DNA from: an uncultured Gammaproteobacteria bacterium
Lineage (GTDB): Bacteria; Patescibacteriota; Patescibacteriia; Magasanikbacterales; UBA922
Direction: 5' to 3'
Assembly (NCBI GenBank): GCA_964612105.1
Contig: CAZTEU010000001.1
Coordinates: 4,047 to 68,046, forward strand
Length of the DNA stretch: 64,000 bases
A model generated the notes under the pieces. It had not been told where the DNA came from. It saw only the letters and a list, made by a program, of their open reading frames with translations, and made no database searches. How positions within the stretch are numbered: the stretch's first letter is position 1; every line of letters starts with the position of its first letter. The position numbers were made by a program, and so were the translations under genes. This document shows, one piece after another, positions 49,589 through 59,473 of this stretch.

Positions 49589-50260
49589 ATGAGTAAAGCA
49601 ATATTCTACATCGTAGCAACACCAATAGGTAATTTGGGAGATATGAGTCTCAGGGGAGTTGAGGTTCTTAAAGAAGTAGACACCGTGCTATGTGAAGACA
49701 CACGTGTAACAAAAAAGCTGTTAGCTTATTATAATATAGGAACAAAAACGTTGAGTTACCACCAGCATAGCTCAGAAAAGAAGATGGGAGAAATTGTGGA
49801 CTTACTTAATGGTGGAAACTCTCTAGCATTGGTTACAGATGCAGGTACACCAGGTATTAGTGATCCTGGTGGTGTGTTGATTGAATACATAGTAAAGAAT
49901 GCTCCAGATATAGACATTGTTCCAGTTCCAGGAGCTTCTGCTGTAGTTACAGCACTCAGTGTATCTGGTTTTCCTACAGACAAGTTTTTGTTTCTAGGTT
50001 TTCCTCCTCATAAGAACAAGAGAAAGAAGTTTTTTGAAGAAGTTGCTGAGTCAAAACATACGGTTGCATTTTATGAATCTAATCATAGGATAAAGAAAGC
50101 ATTAAAGGAATTGAGCGATATGTTAGGTGGTGATAGGAAAGTATGTGTTTGTAGGGAGCTTACAAAGAAGTTTGAAAGCACATACAGAGGAACAATAGAA
50201 GAGATTATGGAAATGGATATACCAGAAAAAGGGGAATTCGTTGTAGTTATAAGAAGATAA
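49589..50260 (+). CDS. rsmI: 16S rRNA C1402 2'-O-methyltransferase
   Basis: VATPIGNLGD, CEDTR, DAGTPGISDPG, RELTKKFE. Confidence 0.95.
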   Translation: MSKAIFYIVATPIGNLGDMSLRGVEVLKEVDTVLCEDTRVTKKLLAYYNIGTKTLSYHQHSSEKKMGEIVDLLNGGNSLALVTDAGTPGISDPGGVLIEYIVKNAPDIDIVPVPGASAVVTALSVSGFPTDKFLFLGFPPHKNKRKKFFEEVAESKHTVAFYESNHRIKKALKELSDMLGGDRKVCVCRELTKKFESTYRGTIEEIMEMDIPEKGEFVVVIRR

Positions 50261-50269
50261 ACAATTAAT

Positions 50270-51769
50270 ATGAACAAGTATTACATAACAACCACACTTC
50301 CATATGTGAATGCAGAGCCTCACATTGGTTTTGCGTTGGAAATTATTCAGGCAGATGTTATAGCACGCTACCAGAGGCTTTTGGGTAAGGAAGTAGTTTT
50401 TAATACAGGTACTGATGAACACGGATTAAAGATTTACAGAAACGCAAAAGAAGTTGGAATTGATACTCAAGAATATGCAGATATAAACGCAAAGAAATTT
50501 GATAACCTAAAAGAAGCCCTTAACTTGAGTTATACAAGTTTTATCCGTACTACAGATGAACACCATGTAAAATCTGCACAGGAATTTTGGAAACTCTGTG
50601 AAAAAAATGGAGATATTTATAAGAAGAAGTACCAGGTTAAGTATTGTGTTGGTTGTGAGTTGGAAAAGACAGACTCAGAATTGGAAAATGATAAATGTCC
50701 AATTCATCCAACATACGAATTGGAATTAATTGATGAGGAAAACTATTTTTTTAAGTTTTCTAATTATCAAGAGAAGTTGTTAGAACTCTATGATAGCAAT
50801 AAAGATTTTGTAATACCGGAACACAGATTAAATGAGATAAAAGCATTTACAGAAAGAGGGTTGCAAGACTTTAGTATTTCTAGGCTAAAAGAAAAATTAC
50901 CGTGGGGGGTACCAGTACCAGGCGATGAAGAACACGTCATGTATGTATGGTTTGATGCGCTTACAAATTATATTTCTACACTAGGTTGGCCAGAAGATGG
51001 GAAGAATTTTAAAGATTTCTGGCCAGGCGTGCAGGTTGCTGGAAAAGATAATCTAAGGCAACAGTCTGCTATGTGGCAAGCAATGTTGCTATCTGCAGGT
51101 CTTCCAACATCTAAACAGGTGTTTATACACGGATTTATTACTTCTGAAGGACAGAAAATGAGTAAAAGTGTTGGAAATGTAGTAGACCCTATGCAAAAAG
51201 TAGAGGAGTACGGAACAGATGCTGTACGATTCTACTTGCTTGGGGCATTACCAAGTTATGATGATGGTGATTTCTCAAAGAAACGTTTTGAGGAGTTTTA
51301 TACAGCTCACCTAGTGAATGGAATAGGTAACCTAACATCTAGGATTCTTACAATGGCAGAAAAATATTCAGATAAAATTGCAGAAAATGCTGATGATATT
51401 TTTGATACAAAAACATTCTGGAAGAATTATGAAGATGCTATAAATGTTTTTGATTTTGAAAAAGCTGTGCGTACAGTTAATGACTTAGTTTCTGTATGTG
51501 ATCAGGAGATATCTAAGGAGAAACCATGGGAGAAAGAAAAGGCTGGAGAGGATATATCTGAATTTATATACCAACTTATAGAATGCTTAAGACATATTGG
51601 TTTAGGTTTACTTCCTATTGTTCCAAAGGCAGGGGAATCTATCTTGAACCAACTTGGAATTAATCCAGATGAGTTGTCTACACTGGACAAGGAAAAAGTG
51701 TGGGGTAAAACACAGAAAAGTGCTATACTAAAAAAAGGAGAACAACTATTTCCAAGATTAACAAAATAA
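50270..51769 (+). CDS. metG: Methionine--tRNA ligase
   Basis: HIGF, GTDEHG, YVWFDAL, KMSKS. Confidence 0.96.
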   Translation: MNKYYITTTLPYVNAEPHIGFALEIIQADVIARYQRLLGKEVVFNTGTDEHGLKIYRNAKEVGIDTQEYADINAKKFDNLKEALNLSYTSFIRTTDEHHVKSAQEFWKLCEKNGDIYKKKYQVKYCVGCELEKTDSELENDKCPIHPTYELELIDEENYFFKFSNYQEKLLELYDSNKDFVIPEHRLNEIKAFTERGLQDFSISRLKEKLPWGVPVPGDEEHVMYVWFDALTNYISTLGWPEDGKNFKDFWPGVQVAGKDNLRQQSAMWQAMLLSAGLPTSKQVFIHGFITSEGQKMSKSVGNVVDPMQKVEEYGTDAVRFYLLGALPSYDDGDFSKKRFEEFYTAHLVNGIGNLTSRILTMAEKYSDKIAENADDIFDTKTFWKNYEDAINVFDFEKAVRTVNDLVSVCDQEISKEKPWEKEKAGEDISEFIYQLIECLRHIGLGLLPIVPKAGESILNQLGINPDELSTLDKEKVWGKTQKSAILKKGEQLFPRLTK

Positions 51770-51770
51770 T

Positions 51771-52316
51771 ATGGGCATCTTTGACGTTACTTTGCTAACC
51801 ATCATAGCAGGCTTTGGCTTGTTTGGATTGTGGTTTGGGCTAATACACACAATTGGCTCCCTAATAGGAACACTATTAGGAGCATTCCTTGCTGGTAGGT
51901 ATTATGAACCAATGGCAGATTGGCTTGCTGGGGTTACTGGTTGGGAAGGAAATGTACCAGAGGTTGTAATGTTTATTGTTGCGTTTATTGTAATTAATAG
52001 GCTAGTTGGATTTGCCTTCTGGATAATAGATAGAATGTTTAAGGTTGTTACAATTTTACCATTCATGAATTCCTTAAACAGAATTTTAGGTGCTATTGCT
52101 GGTGTTTTTGAGGGAGTAATAACACTTGGTTTAATTCTTTACTTCATAGAAAGATTTCCTTTATCTGAAAAAGTAATGGAAATGATGGCAACATCTGTGG
52201 TTTCCCCAATACTTGTAACAGTTGCTGGAGTTCTTCTACCGCTTCTGCCTGAGGCGCTAAAAGCACTACAGTCTAGTGTTGATTACATAGAAAATATTGT
52301 TCTTGAGCAGATATGA
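51771..52316 (+). CDS. CvpA (colicin V production) family membrane protein
   Basis: 4 TM; LNRILGAIAGV..G motif. Confidence 0.8.
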   Translation: MGIFDVTLLTIIAGFGLFGLWFGLIHTIGSLIGTLLGAFLAGRYYEPMADWLAGVTGWEGNVPEVVMFIVAFIVINRLVGFAFWIIDRMFKVVTILPFMNSLNRILGAIAGVFEGVITLGLILYFIERFPLSEKVMEMMATSVVSPILVTVAGVLLPLLPEALKALQSSVDYIENIVLEQI

Positions 52317-54139
52317 GCATAAGGTTGTTAGGTATCCTATTGTCTGTACTATTAATAAATGGGTGTGGTTTTTCACCTTTTTATTTTTCTCAAAGTGCAG
52401 AATTTAATTTGGAATTTAGTAAAGAAAAAGAATACCAGTATGCCGGACCTTGGGATACAGAAATATATGAAGTGTCGTACAAGCGTGCAGAGAGAATAGA
52501 ACCTCTAGCTATCAAAGAAGAAATTAAAGGTGGAATTGTACCTCACCATCTAATGTCAGGACACTCAATTGCGGAGTTTTTTGAAACAATAAAAAAAGAT
52601 AGCCCATCGACAATTGTATTAATTGGTCCTAATCATTTCATGAGAGGGCAATCTTCTATAATTACAACAATGTTAGATTGGAAAACTCCATATGGTGATA
52701 TTAGAACAGACAAGAAAATTACTAATAAATTAGTAAAAGATGGTGTGCTAAAAGTAGATGAGGAAGTTATTAAAGAAGAACATAGTGTTTACTCATTAAC
52801 TAGCTTTATAGCAAGGTCTGTCCCAAAAGCAAGGGTTGTTTCTATAATTATAAAGGAAGACGCAAAAGACGATGAACTAAATAGACTAGTAGACTCCCTG
52901 AAGGAATATTCACCAAAAGATACAGTTTTTGTTGGCTCTATCGACTTCTCACATTATCAGACACCGGAGGTGGCTCAGTTTCATGATGACCTCTCGATTA
53001 ATGTAATTAAAAGTTTTGATTACCCCAGAATTAATAGTACAGAGATAGATTCACATAAGACTCTATACACAATATTAAAATTAATGGAATTAGGAGGGAA
53101 TCAGCGAATAGTAGCAGAAAGACATACAAATTCTGCGCTTGTTGTTGGTGACAAGGGTGGTAAAAATACAACTTCGCATTATATTCCATATTTTGCAAAA
53201 GGCGAGCCAGAAACAGAGAAATCAATTAGCCTCTTATTTTTTGGGGACATGATGCTGGATAGAAATGTAAAGAACAGGATAGATAAAAATGAGGGTGGAG
53301 ACTATCTTTTTAGGGAGCTTGCTGGGATAGAGAATAGGTTTTTTACAGGGATGGACCTAGTTCATGCAAATCTAGAGGGTCCTTTTGCTAATTACAGACG
53401 AGAAACAACAAAAGAAATTGCTTTTCGATTCAATCCAACATTACTTCCAACATTAAAAAAATATAATTTTGATATATTTACTTTAGCCAACAATCATTCA
53501 TTAGATATGGGTCATGCTGGCTTTGCTGAAGGGAAGAAAAATCTAGAAGAATATGGTTTTGATTATTATGGTGAGCAATTAAAAGTTAGTGAAGACAGTT
53601 TACTTACAAAAGAGATTGCTGGAAAGAAGATAGGATTTATTGGACTTAATGATACAAACACTCCGATTAATGAAACTAAAGTTAAAGCTCTTATTAAAGA
53701 CACAAAAGAGAAGGTGGATTATGTAATTATAAATGTACACTGGGGAGCAGAGTATATCCCAACCTCGCAAAAAAGAAGCAAGTATCTAGCACACTTATTT
53801 GTGGATGCCGGAGCAGATGTAATTATTGGGCACCACCCTCATGTTGTGCAAGAAATGGAAATATATAAAGACAAGCCAATATTCTATTCCTTAGGAAATT
53901 TTGTTTTTGATCAGTATTTTTCTATCCCAACTCAACAGTCAATCGGAGTTGGATTAATTCTAAAAAATGAAGATACTTCCGTGTACGTTTTCCCTTTCGA
54001 AGGGGAAGAAAGCCAAATTAGACAAATGCCATATGAAAAAGGTGAGAAATTCATGCAAGATTTTATTGACAAAAGCCGTCTAGATGGATATAATTTCAAT
54101 GATTTTTCACTAAAAATAAACAAATATGAGCAAAAATAA
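52313..54139 (+). CDS. Memo-like domain fused to CapA metallophosphoesterase; putative lipoprotein
   Basis: IVPHH, GPNH, EHS, DFSHY; then GDMM, NLE, ANNH, HWG.E, GHHPHV, YSLGNF. Confidence 0.82.
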   Translation: MSIRLLGILLSVLLINGCGFSPFYFSQSAEFNLEFSKEKEYQYAGPWDTEIYEVSYKRAERIEPLAIKEEIKGGIVPHHLMSGHSIAEFFETIKKDSPSTIVLIGPNHFMRGQSSIITTMLDWKTPYGDIRTDKKITNKLVKDGVLKVDEEVIKEEHSVYSLTSFIARSVPKARVVSIIIKEDAKDDELNRLVDSLKEYSPKDTVFVGSIDFSHYQTPEVAQFHDDLSINVIKSFDYPRINSTEIDSHKTLYTILKLMELGGNQRIVAERHTNSALVVGDKGGKNTTSHYIPYFAKGEPETEKSISLLFFGDMMLDRNVKNRIDKNEGGDYLFRELAGIENRFFTGMDLVHANLEGPFANYRRETTKEIAFRFNPTLLPTLKKYNFDIFTLANNHSLDMGHAGFAEGKKNLEEYGFDYYGEQLKVSEDSLLTKEIAGKKIGFIGLNDTNTPINETKVKALIKDTKEKVDYVIINVHWGAEYIPTSQKRSKYLAHLFVDAGADVIIGHHPHVVQEMEIYKDKPIFYSLGNFVFDQYFSIPTQQSIGVGLILKNEDTSVYVFPFEGEESQIRQMPYEKGEKFMQDFIDKSRLDGYNFNDFSLKINKYEQK

Positions 54140-56237
54140 ATGGAAAGGTTTTTTAGATATAATTAACGGACAGAGTGATAAGTTAGTTACCTATATCTTT
54201 GCATTTAGTATAGTATTCGTAGTGATTATTTATGCATTGGTAATCCTTGGTATAACTATTGGTAAAACTACAATAAAATTACATTATTTAAAGGATACAA
54301 AGGTTTCTACAGATGATTCTAAAACTTACAATGACGAAGGGGTGGTATTTGATCAATATGCGCTTGAAAATGCAGGAACTCCAAAATATCTTGATTACCT
54401 GAATAATAATAACTCTGGAAAAATATATACAGTAGGCCCACCTATGAGAGGTCAGAATGTTCTTGGTGAGTGGACAGCAAACGAGAATGAGTATAGAGAA
54501 TATACTTTAAAAAGTGATGTTACAGGCACAAGGCTTTCTATTAAAATAGATTGGGAGAAATATGGTAAACCACTCTCAAAGAGGAATATAAATAAAGTTA
54601 TAGAAAAGGTTGGTGGCATTTCTGAGGAAGGTCAGAAGTATCTAGATAATCTAGATACAGAATACGGTGATTGCTATTACGACGAGTTCTTCGTACCAGA
54701 AGACGAAAAGGAGAAAATTAGATGTGGAATAAGAATATGGGAGGCGGGTACAGTTACAGCGCCAGACAAGATTGCTGGAAGCAAAGTATACTATATTGGT
54801 TATACAGTACCAGGGATGGGGGTATTCGAGGAAGTTACTACTGCCTTTTTAAGTGAGGATCTTAATAAATTTGTCTTCTTAAAACAAGGTGGTACGGGAG
54901 AATACGATGCTAACGGGCTAACATACAATATCGCAGCGGCAGAACTTTTTGATGGATATATAACATATAATGCTGAGGAATATTACGACACTCCAGAGAA
55001 AATATTAATTCCCAATACAAACTCCCACCTAAAATACTATGGACAAAGAACATCTCCTTGGGATGTTTTGGCAAAAGATAATGGAAATGACAAGAAAGTT
55101 TTTACAGATTTTGAAGCTGGAGATGTTATGTTTGATGGAAGTTCACACTACACGTACAAGTCAAACGGCAATTCATTCAATTATATATTTGTTCCTCCAT
55201 TTCTTAGTCATGAAGATTATAATGAAAAAGATTTTTATAGAGCAGGATATGTAAGTGATATAGTTTGGAGCAAAAAGGGTGAGAGTAATGCAGAATTATT
55301 TCAGATTGGAGGAGATATTACATATGGCGGATGTTCATCAGGGATAGACTCACTTGACTCAAATATTGTAAATGGAAAGAAATGGTTTGATGAGTCTTAT
55401 TTAGAAGAAGTTGGAAAGACAAAATATGGTGGTGGAATATACGAGTTTGCAGAAAAGTACAGAAAAACTAGTGAGATATATGATGATTTATATAAATTTG
55501 GGATGACAGCTAGGATGTACAGAGAATTAGATCCAGACTTTGAGGACATATCAGAATCAAAAAAACGAGTACTCTTCCAAGAAGACACTCCAATAATATT
55601 CTGGAAGGATTATTTGGGCAACTGGAGATCCTATTACAAAGACACATATCAGACAGCTGCAGAATGTGGGAAACCCGTGATCTATCTTTACCCGGAAGAA
55701 ATAACAGATGTGCGTGTGCAAGTGGAACCAAATGGAGGTTTGACATACGTAGACCCGGCGTATCCAGAGGATGGTTGGTTTGTGCGTGCAGAGCCTAATG
55801 GAACAATATACAATTATGAAAATGACACAGAATATCCATATTTATTCTGGGAGGGTCATGCGGACGGAATAAGTGTCCCAGAAGAAGGATTTGTAATGTC
55901 TAATGAGGAGGTACCAGTGCAGATGAGAGATTTATTAGTGGAGGCAGGGCTTAACAGCGTAGAAACAGAAGATTTTATGGATTTTTGGGAGGATTATCTA
56001 ATGGTAAAACCATACGTGTTTGTTACCTTCGTTTCTCAACGCGAATTTGATATTGCTGTACCACTAAATGTAGAACCAAAACCAGACTATGTACACAGAC
56101 TATTCATGTACTACGAACCACTTGATAGACCTAAAGAAGTAGAACCATTAAGAATTAGTGTCCCAGAGCGCCACGGCTTCTCTGTAATAGAATGGGGTGG
56201 AGGTACTCATCATATAGATATACAAGATGCTCGTTGA
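54126..56237 (+). CDS. Membrane-anchored hypothetical protein with conserved-looking C-terminal domain
   Basis: N-terminal TM; KPVIYLYP...YPYLFWEG...VIEWGG. Confidence 0.7.
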   Translation: MSKNKWKGFLDIINGQSDKLVTYIFAFSIVFVVIIYALVILGITIGKTTIKLHYLKDTKVSTDDSKTYNDEGVVFDQYALENAGTPKYLDYLNNNNSGKIYTVGPPMRGQNVLGEWTANENEYREYTLKSDVTGTRLSIKIDWEKYGKPLSKRNINKVIEKVGGISEEGQKYLDNLDTEYGDCYYDEFFVPEDEKEKIRCGIRIWEAGTVTAPDKIAGSKVYYIGYTVPGMGVFEEVTTAFLSEDLNKFVFLKQGGTGEYDANGLTYNIAAAELFDGYITYNAEEYYDTPEKILIPNTNSHLKYYGQRTSPWDVLAKDNGNDKKVFTDFEAGDVMFDGSSHYTYKSNGNSFNYIFVPPFLSHEDYNEKDFYRAGYVSDIVWSKKGESNAELFQIGGDITYGGCSSGIDSLDSNIVNGKKWFDESYLEEVGKTKYGGGIYEFAEKYRKTSEIYDDLYKFGMTARMYRELDPDFEDISESKKRVLFQEDTPIIFWKDYLGNWRSYYKDTYQTAAECGKPVIYLYPEEITDVRVQVEPNGGLTYVDPAYPEDGWFVRAEPNGTIYNYENDTEYPYLFWEGHADGISVPEEGFVMSNEEVPVQMRDLLVEAGLNSVETEDFMDFWEDYLMVKPYVFVTFVSQREFDIAVPLNVEPKPDYVHRLFMYYEPLDRPKEVEPLRISVPERHGFSVIEWGGGTHHIDIQDAR

Positions 56238-57072
56238 TTCACATTGCCACATTCAATTTAAGGCTTTTAACAATGACCGTAATGAGGTCATTGTTAAGTG
56301 TGCAGAAAATAATATAGTAATGAATGTGGTGGGGACACAGGCGGATACCAGTAAATTAGCAGTGGAACTTGCTGAGAAATATGACAATATATATGCAACC
56401 GTTGGGCTTCATCCGATACAGAAGTATGTAATTCCTGTAAAAGAAGAAGATACAAGTTTTACAGCCAGAGGTGAAGACTTTGATTTTGATTTCTATGATA
56501 ATCTGATTAAAAGTTCTAAAAAAGTAATAGCTGTAGGGGAGACAGGTCTGGATAAGTATCATATTCCAAAAGATAAAACCTCAGAAGAAATCTTTGAAAA
56601 ACAAAAAGAAACTTTTCTTCAACATTACAAACTTGCAGAGAAAAACAATTTACCACTTGTTATTCATGTGCGCGATGCACACGAAGAAATGCTTTCTGTA
56701 ATTGAAGAGCTTCCAAAACCTGTAAGAGGTACAATTCATTGCTTTTCTGGAAATAGGGAGCAGGCAGAGCGATATGTCGACGCAGGACTTTATCTAGGTT
56801 TTACTGGAGTTATAACATTCCCTCCTAAAAAAACTAATCCAAAACCTCAGAATGATTTGATTGATGTTATAAAAAACATGCCATTGGATAAAATATTAAT
56901 AGAAACAGATGCCCCATATCTTGCTCCACAGGCATATAGAGGAAAAAGATGCGAACCTTGGATGGTTGGAGAGTGTGCGAAAAAGGTAGTAGAGATTCGC
57001 GGTATAAAAGAAGAGGAGGTAGAAAAAATTACAGTGGAAAACACAAAGAGGTTATTTTCTAAAATTAAGTAA
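56227..57072 (+). CDS. tatD: TatD-family nuclease
   Basis: DSHCH, GLHP, GETGLD, HCF, ETDAPY. Confidence 0.95.
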   Translation: MLVDSHCHIQFKAFNNDRNEVIVKCAENNIVMNVVGTQADTSKLAVELAEKYDNIYATVGLHPIQKYVIPVKEEDTSFTARGEDFDFDFYDNLIKSSKKVIAVGETGLDKYHIPKDKTSEEIFEKQKETFLQHYKLAEKNNLPLVIHVRDAHEEMLSVIEELPKPVRGTIHCFSGNREQAERYVDAGLYLGFTGVITFPPKKTNPKPQNDLIDVIKNMPLDKILIETDAPYLAPQAYRGKRCEPWMVGECAKKVVEIRGIKEEEVEKITVENTKRLFSKIK

Positions 57073-57083
57073 TACAACAATTC

Positions 57084-57353
57084 ATGCCAATACTTCCAGA
57101 AGATCCAAAAGATAGGAAATATGCAATACTTGGAATAAAGATAGCAGGGGATTTTGGTGCAACCTTAGCTGTCCCAATAGTGGTTTTTGTGGTGGTGGCT
57201 CAGTGGCTCGCTCAGAAGTATGGTTTAGGGTTGTGGATAACTATTTTAGCTTTTGTGCTAGCAGCCTCACTTTCTGCTAGTATTATTGTAAGGAAGGCAA
57301 AGATGTACGGAAAACAGTATCAGGATTTAGATACAGATACCAAAGAAAACTAG
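57084..57353 (+). CDS. AtpZ/AtpI-family small membrane protein (Fo module 1)
   Basis: 2 TM, directly upstream of atpB. Confidence 0.7.
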   Translation: MPILPEDPKDRKYAILGIKIAGDFGATLAVPIVVFVVVAQWLAQKYGLGLWITILAFVLAASLSASIIVRKAKMYGKQYQDLDTDTKEN

Positions 57354-57354
57354 T

Positions 57355-58134
57355 ATGGAGATACATATCCCAACATTAGCTCCTGAGGTTATATTTAATC
57401 TGGGGCCTATTGCCATAACAAATACTTTGATTAATACATGGATAGCAATTATTTTGTTCCTTCTCTTGGCATATGCGCTTAGAGGGAAGATTAAAATGAA
57501 GCCCGGTAAACTACAGAATGCTTGTGAACATGTCCTAGAATTGTTATTTCCTTATTTTGATCAGGTAACAGGTGATAGGAAGAAAACAATTAGGTTTTTA
57601 CCTGTAGTGGGCTCTATCTTCTTTTTTATATTACTGTCTAATTGGTTGGGGTTAATTCCAGGTACAGGCAGTATTAGTGTTGGGCACAACTTCTTACTAC
57701 GACCTGCTAATTCAGATTTAAACCTAACTGTGGCAATGGCACTAGTTGCAGTAATCTCCTCACACCTATTTGGTTTTATTACAATTGGGGTATTTACACA
57801 TGTAGGCAAATTTTTACAATTTGGTGGATTTATTAAAAGTCTTAAAAAAGGGCCGATTGCAATATTTACAGCAATAATAGAATTTGGTGTAGGTATTCTA
57901 GAGATTATTAGTGAGATTGCAAAAATATTATCTTTGTCTCTACGTTTGTTTGGAAATATATTTGCTGGCGAAGTGCTAATTTCTGTAATAGGTGCACTAG
58001 TAGCTTTTCTGGTTCCAACTCCTTTTATGCTTTTAGAGCTACTTGTTGGCTTGATACAAGCATCCGTATTTGCTATGTTAACTTTGGTGTATTTAACGGT
58101 TGCAAGTGAAATGCCCCATGGTTCGCATGATTAA
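57355..58134 (+). CDS. atpB: ATP synthase Fo subunit a (copy 1)
   Basis: NWLGLIPG, SLSLRLFGNIFAGE, LIQASVF. Confidence 0.95.
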   Translation: MEIHIPTLAPEVIFNLGPIAITNTLINTWIAIILFLLLAYALRGKIKMKPGKLQNACEHVLELLFPYFDQVTGDRKKTIRFLPVVGSIFFFILLSNWLGLIPGTGSISVGHNFLLRPANSDLNLTVAMALVAVISSHLFGFITIGVFTHVGKFLQFGGFIKSLKKGPIAIFTAIIEFGVGILEIISEIAKILSLSLRLFGNIFAGEVLISVIGALVAFLVPTPFMLLELLVGLIQASVFAMLTLVYLTVASEMPHGSHD

Positions 58135-58215
58135 TTATTGTATTTATTAAGATTCCATCCGCGAGGTTAAAAATCATTCCCACTCGGCCGGCTCTGGAGT
58201 TATAACAAAAACCGT

Positions 58216-58449
58216 ATGTTTCAAGGACTAGATCACGCATCCGTAGTGGTGCTAGCGAAGGCATTTACTATTGGTATTGGTAGTATAGGGCCTGCCTTTG
58301 CTATTGGAAGACTTGTGGCCAAGGCAATGGAAGCTATTGGTAGAAATCCAGGAGCAGCTGGAAAAGTATTCGTTCCCATGCTTCTTGGGGCTGCTTTTGC
58401 AGAGGCAATTGCAATTTATGCACTTGTTGTTGTGTTTACACTTAAATAA
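58216..58449 (+). CDS. atpE: ATP synthase Fo subunit c (copy 1, H+-type signature)
   Basis: GRNP loop; GPAFAIG and FAEAIAIY. Confidence 0.93.
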   Translation: MFQGLDHASVVVLAKAFTIGIGSIGPAFAIGRLVAKAMEAIGRNPGAAGKVFVPMLLGAAFAEAIAIYALVVVFTLK

Positions 58450-58479
58450 TTCTTGTCGCAAGACACTAAAAGTCTGAAT

Positions 58480-59061
58480 ATGGCGACAGAAATACACATT
58501 GATGAACATGTAGCTGAAGATGGAGTAGAGGTTCATACTACAGTGGAATCTCATGGCGCTGCAGCTGATGAAGGTGTTTTAGCATCACTTGGACTAAATG
58601 CCCAGTTGTTTGGTTTTCAGGTGCTCAATTTTGCAATAGTGGTGCTTGTACTATGGTTTTTAATACTAAAACCTCTTGTAAAGCAGATGGAAGAGAGAAA
58701 AACTCTTGTAGATGAGAGTATAGACAATGCAAAAGAGGCAGAAGTTAACCTAGAAATGAGCAAAAAGAAGTATGAAGAGTCCTTAGATAAAGCTAAAACC
58801 GAGGCAAATAAGATTGTAGAAAAAGCTCATGATGATGCAAGACAGCACGCAGAAGGTGTAAAAACGAGAGCTAAGGAAGAGATAGAGCAGTTAATTGACA
58901 AAGCAAAGAATGATATTAGGGATCAAAGGGTACACATGGTCGATGAAATAAAAGAGGAGACTCTAGGCCTTGTTGTAAGGATATCTGAGAAATTCTTAGC
59001 AACAAAGGTAGATAAAGAGTCAGATACTAAGATAATTGAAGAAATTGTAAAGAATATATAA
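58480..59061 (+). CDS. atpF: ATP synthase Fo subunit b (copy 1) with His/acidic N-terminal extension
   Basis: QVLNF...KPL..MEER followed by coiled coil; start could be TTG 58453. Confidence 0.9.
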   Translation: MATEIHIDEHVAEDGVEVHTTVESHGAAADEGVLASLGLNAQLFGFQVLNFAIVVLVLWFLILKPLVKQMEERKTLVDESIDNAKEAEVNLEMSKKKYEESLDKAKTEANKIVEKAHDDARQHAEGVKTRAKEEIEQLIDKAKNDIRDQRVHMVDEIKEETLGLVVRISEKFLATKVDKESDTKIIEEIVKNI

Positions 59062-59132
59062 TATAACTAGATTTGAGCTAAGATAAGATACATTTTACCT
59101 GCTACACTTATACACAAAAATTAAAAAAAACA

Positions 59133-59169
59133 TTGACAAAATTGCGCAACTTCTATATAATAGTTGCGC
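59133..59169 (+). promoter_or_regulatory. Consensus promoter with inverted repeat flanking the -10 box (Fo module 2 + F1)
   Basis: TTGACA-17-TATAAT; GCGCAACT-N10-AGTTGCGC. Confidence 0.75.
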
Positions 59170-59177
59170 TTTTATTT

Positions 59178-59471
59178 ATGACAGATAGTAAATTAGAACA
59201 AAAAAGAGAGGAACTGAGGCATAAGACATTTAAGCTTATGTTGAGGGTCCTTATTATATTTGGAATACCAGCTATTATTGCTTATTTTGCAGGTAATCAT
59301 CTAGATAGTACATACAATATGCGTCCATACGGCTCATTAATAGCAATTATGGTTGCACTAACAATATCGTGGATTATTACTTTTAGGATGTATGTAAAAT
59401 TAAATAGAGAGTTTCGTAGTCTAAGATCAGCTCAGGAGAAAGAAATTGAGGAGGAAGAGAAATCAATATAA
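59178..59471 (+). CDS. AtpZ/AtpI-family small membrane protein (Fo module 2)
   Basis: 2 TM, G..LD motif, upstream of second atpB. Confidence 0.7.
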   Translation: MTDSKLEQKREELRHKTFKLMLRVLIIFGIPAIIAYFAGNHLDSTYNMRPYGSLIAIMVALTISWIITFRMYVKLNREFRSLRSAQEKEIEEEEKSI

Positions 59472-59473
59472 AT

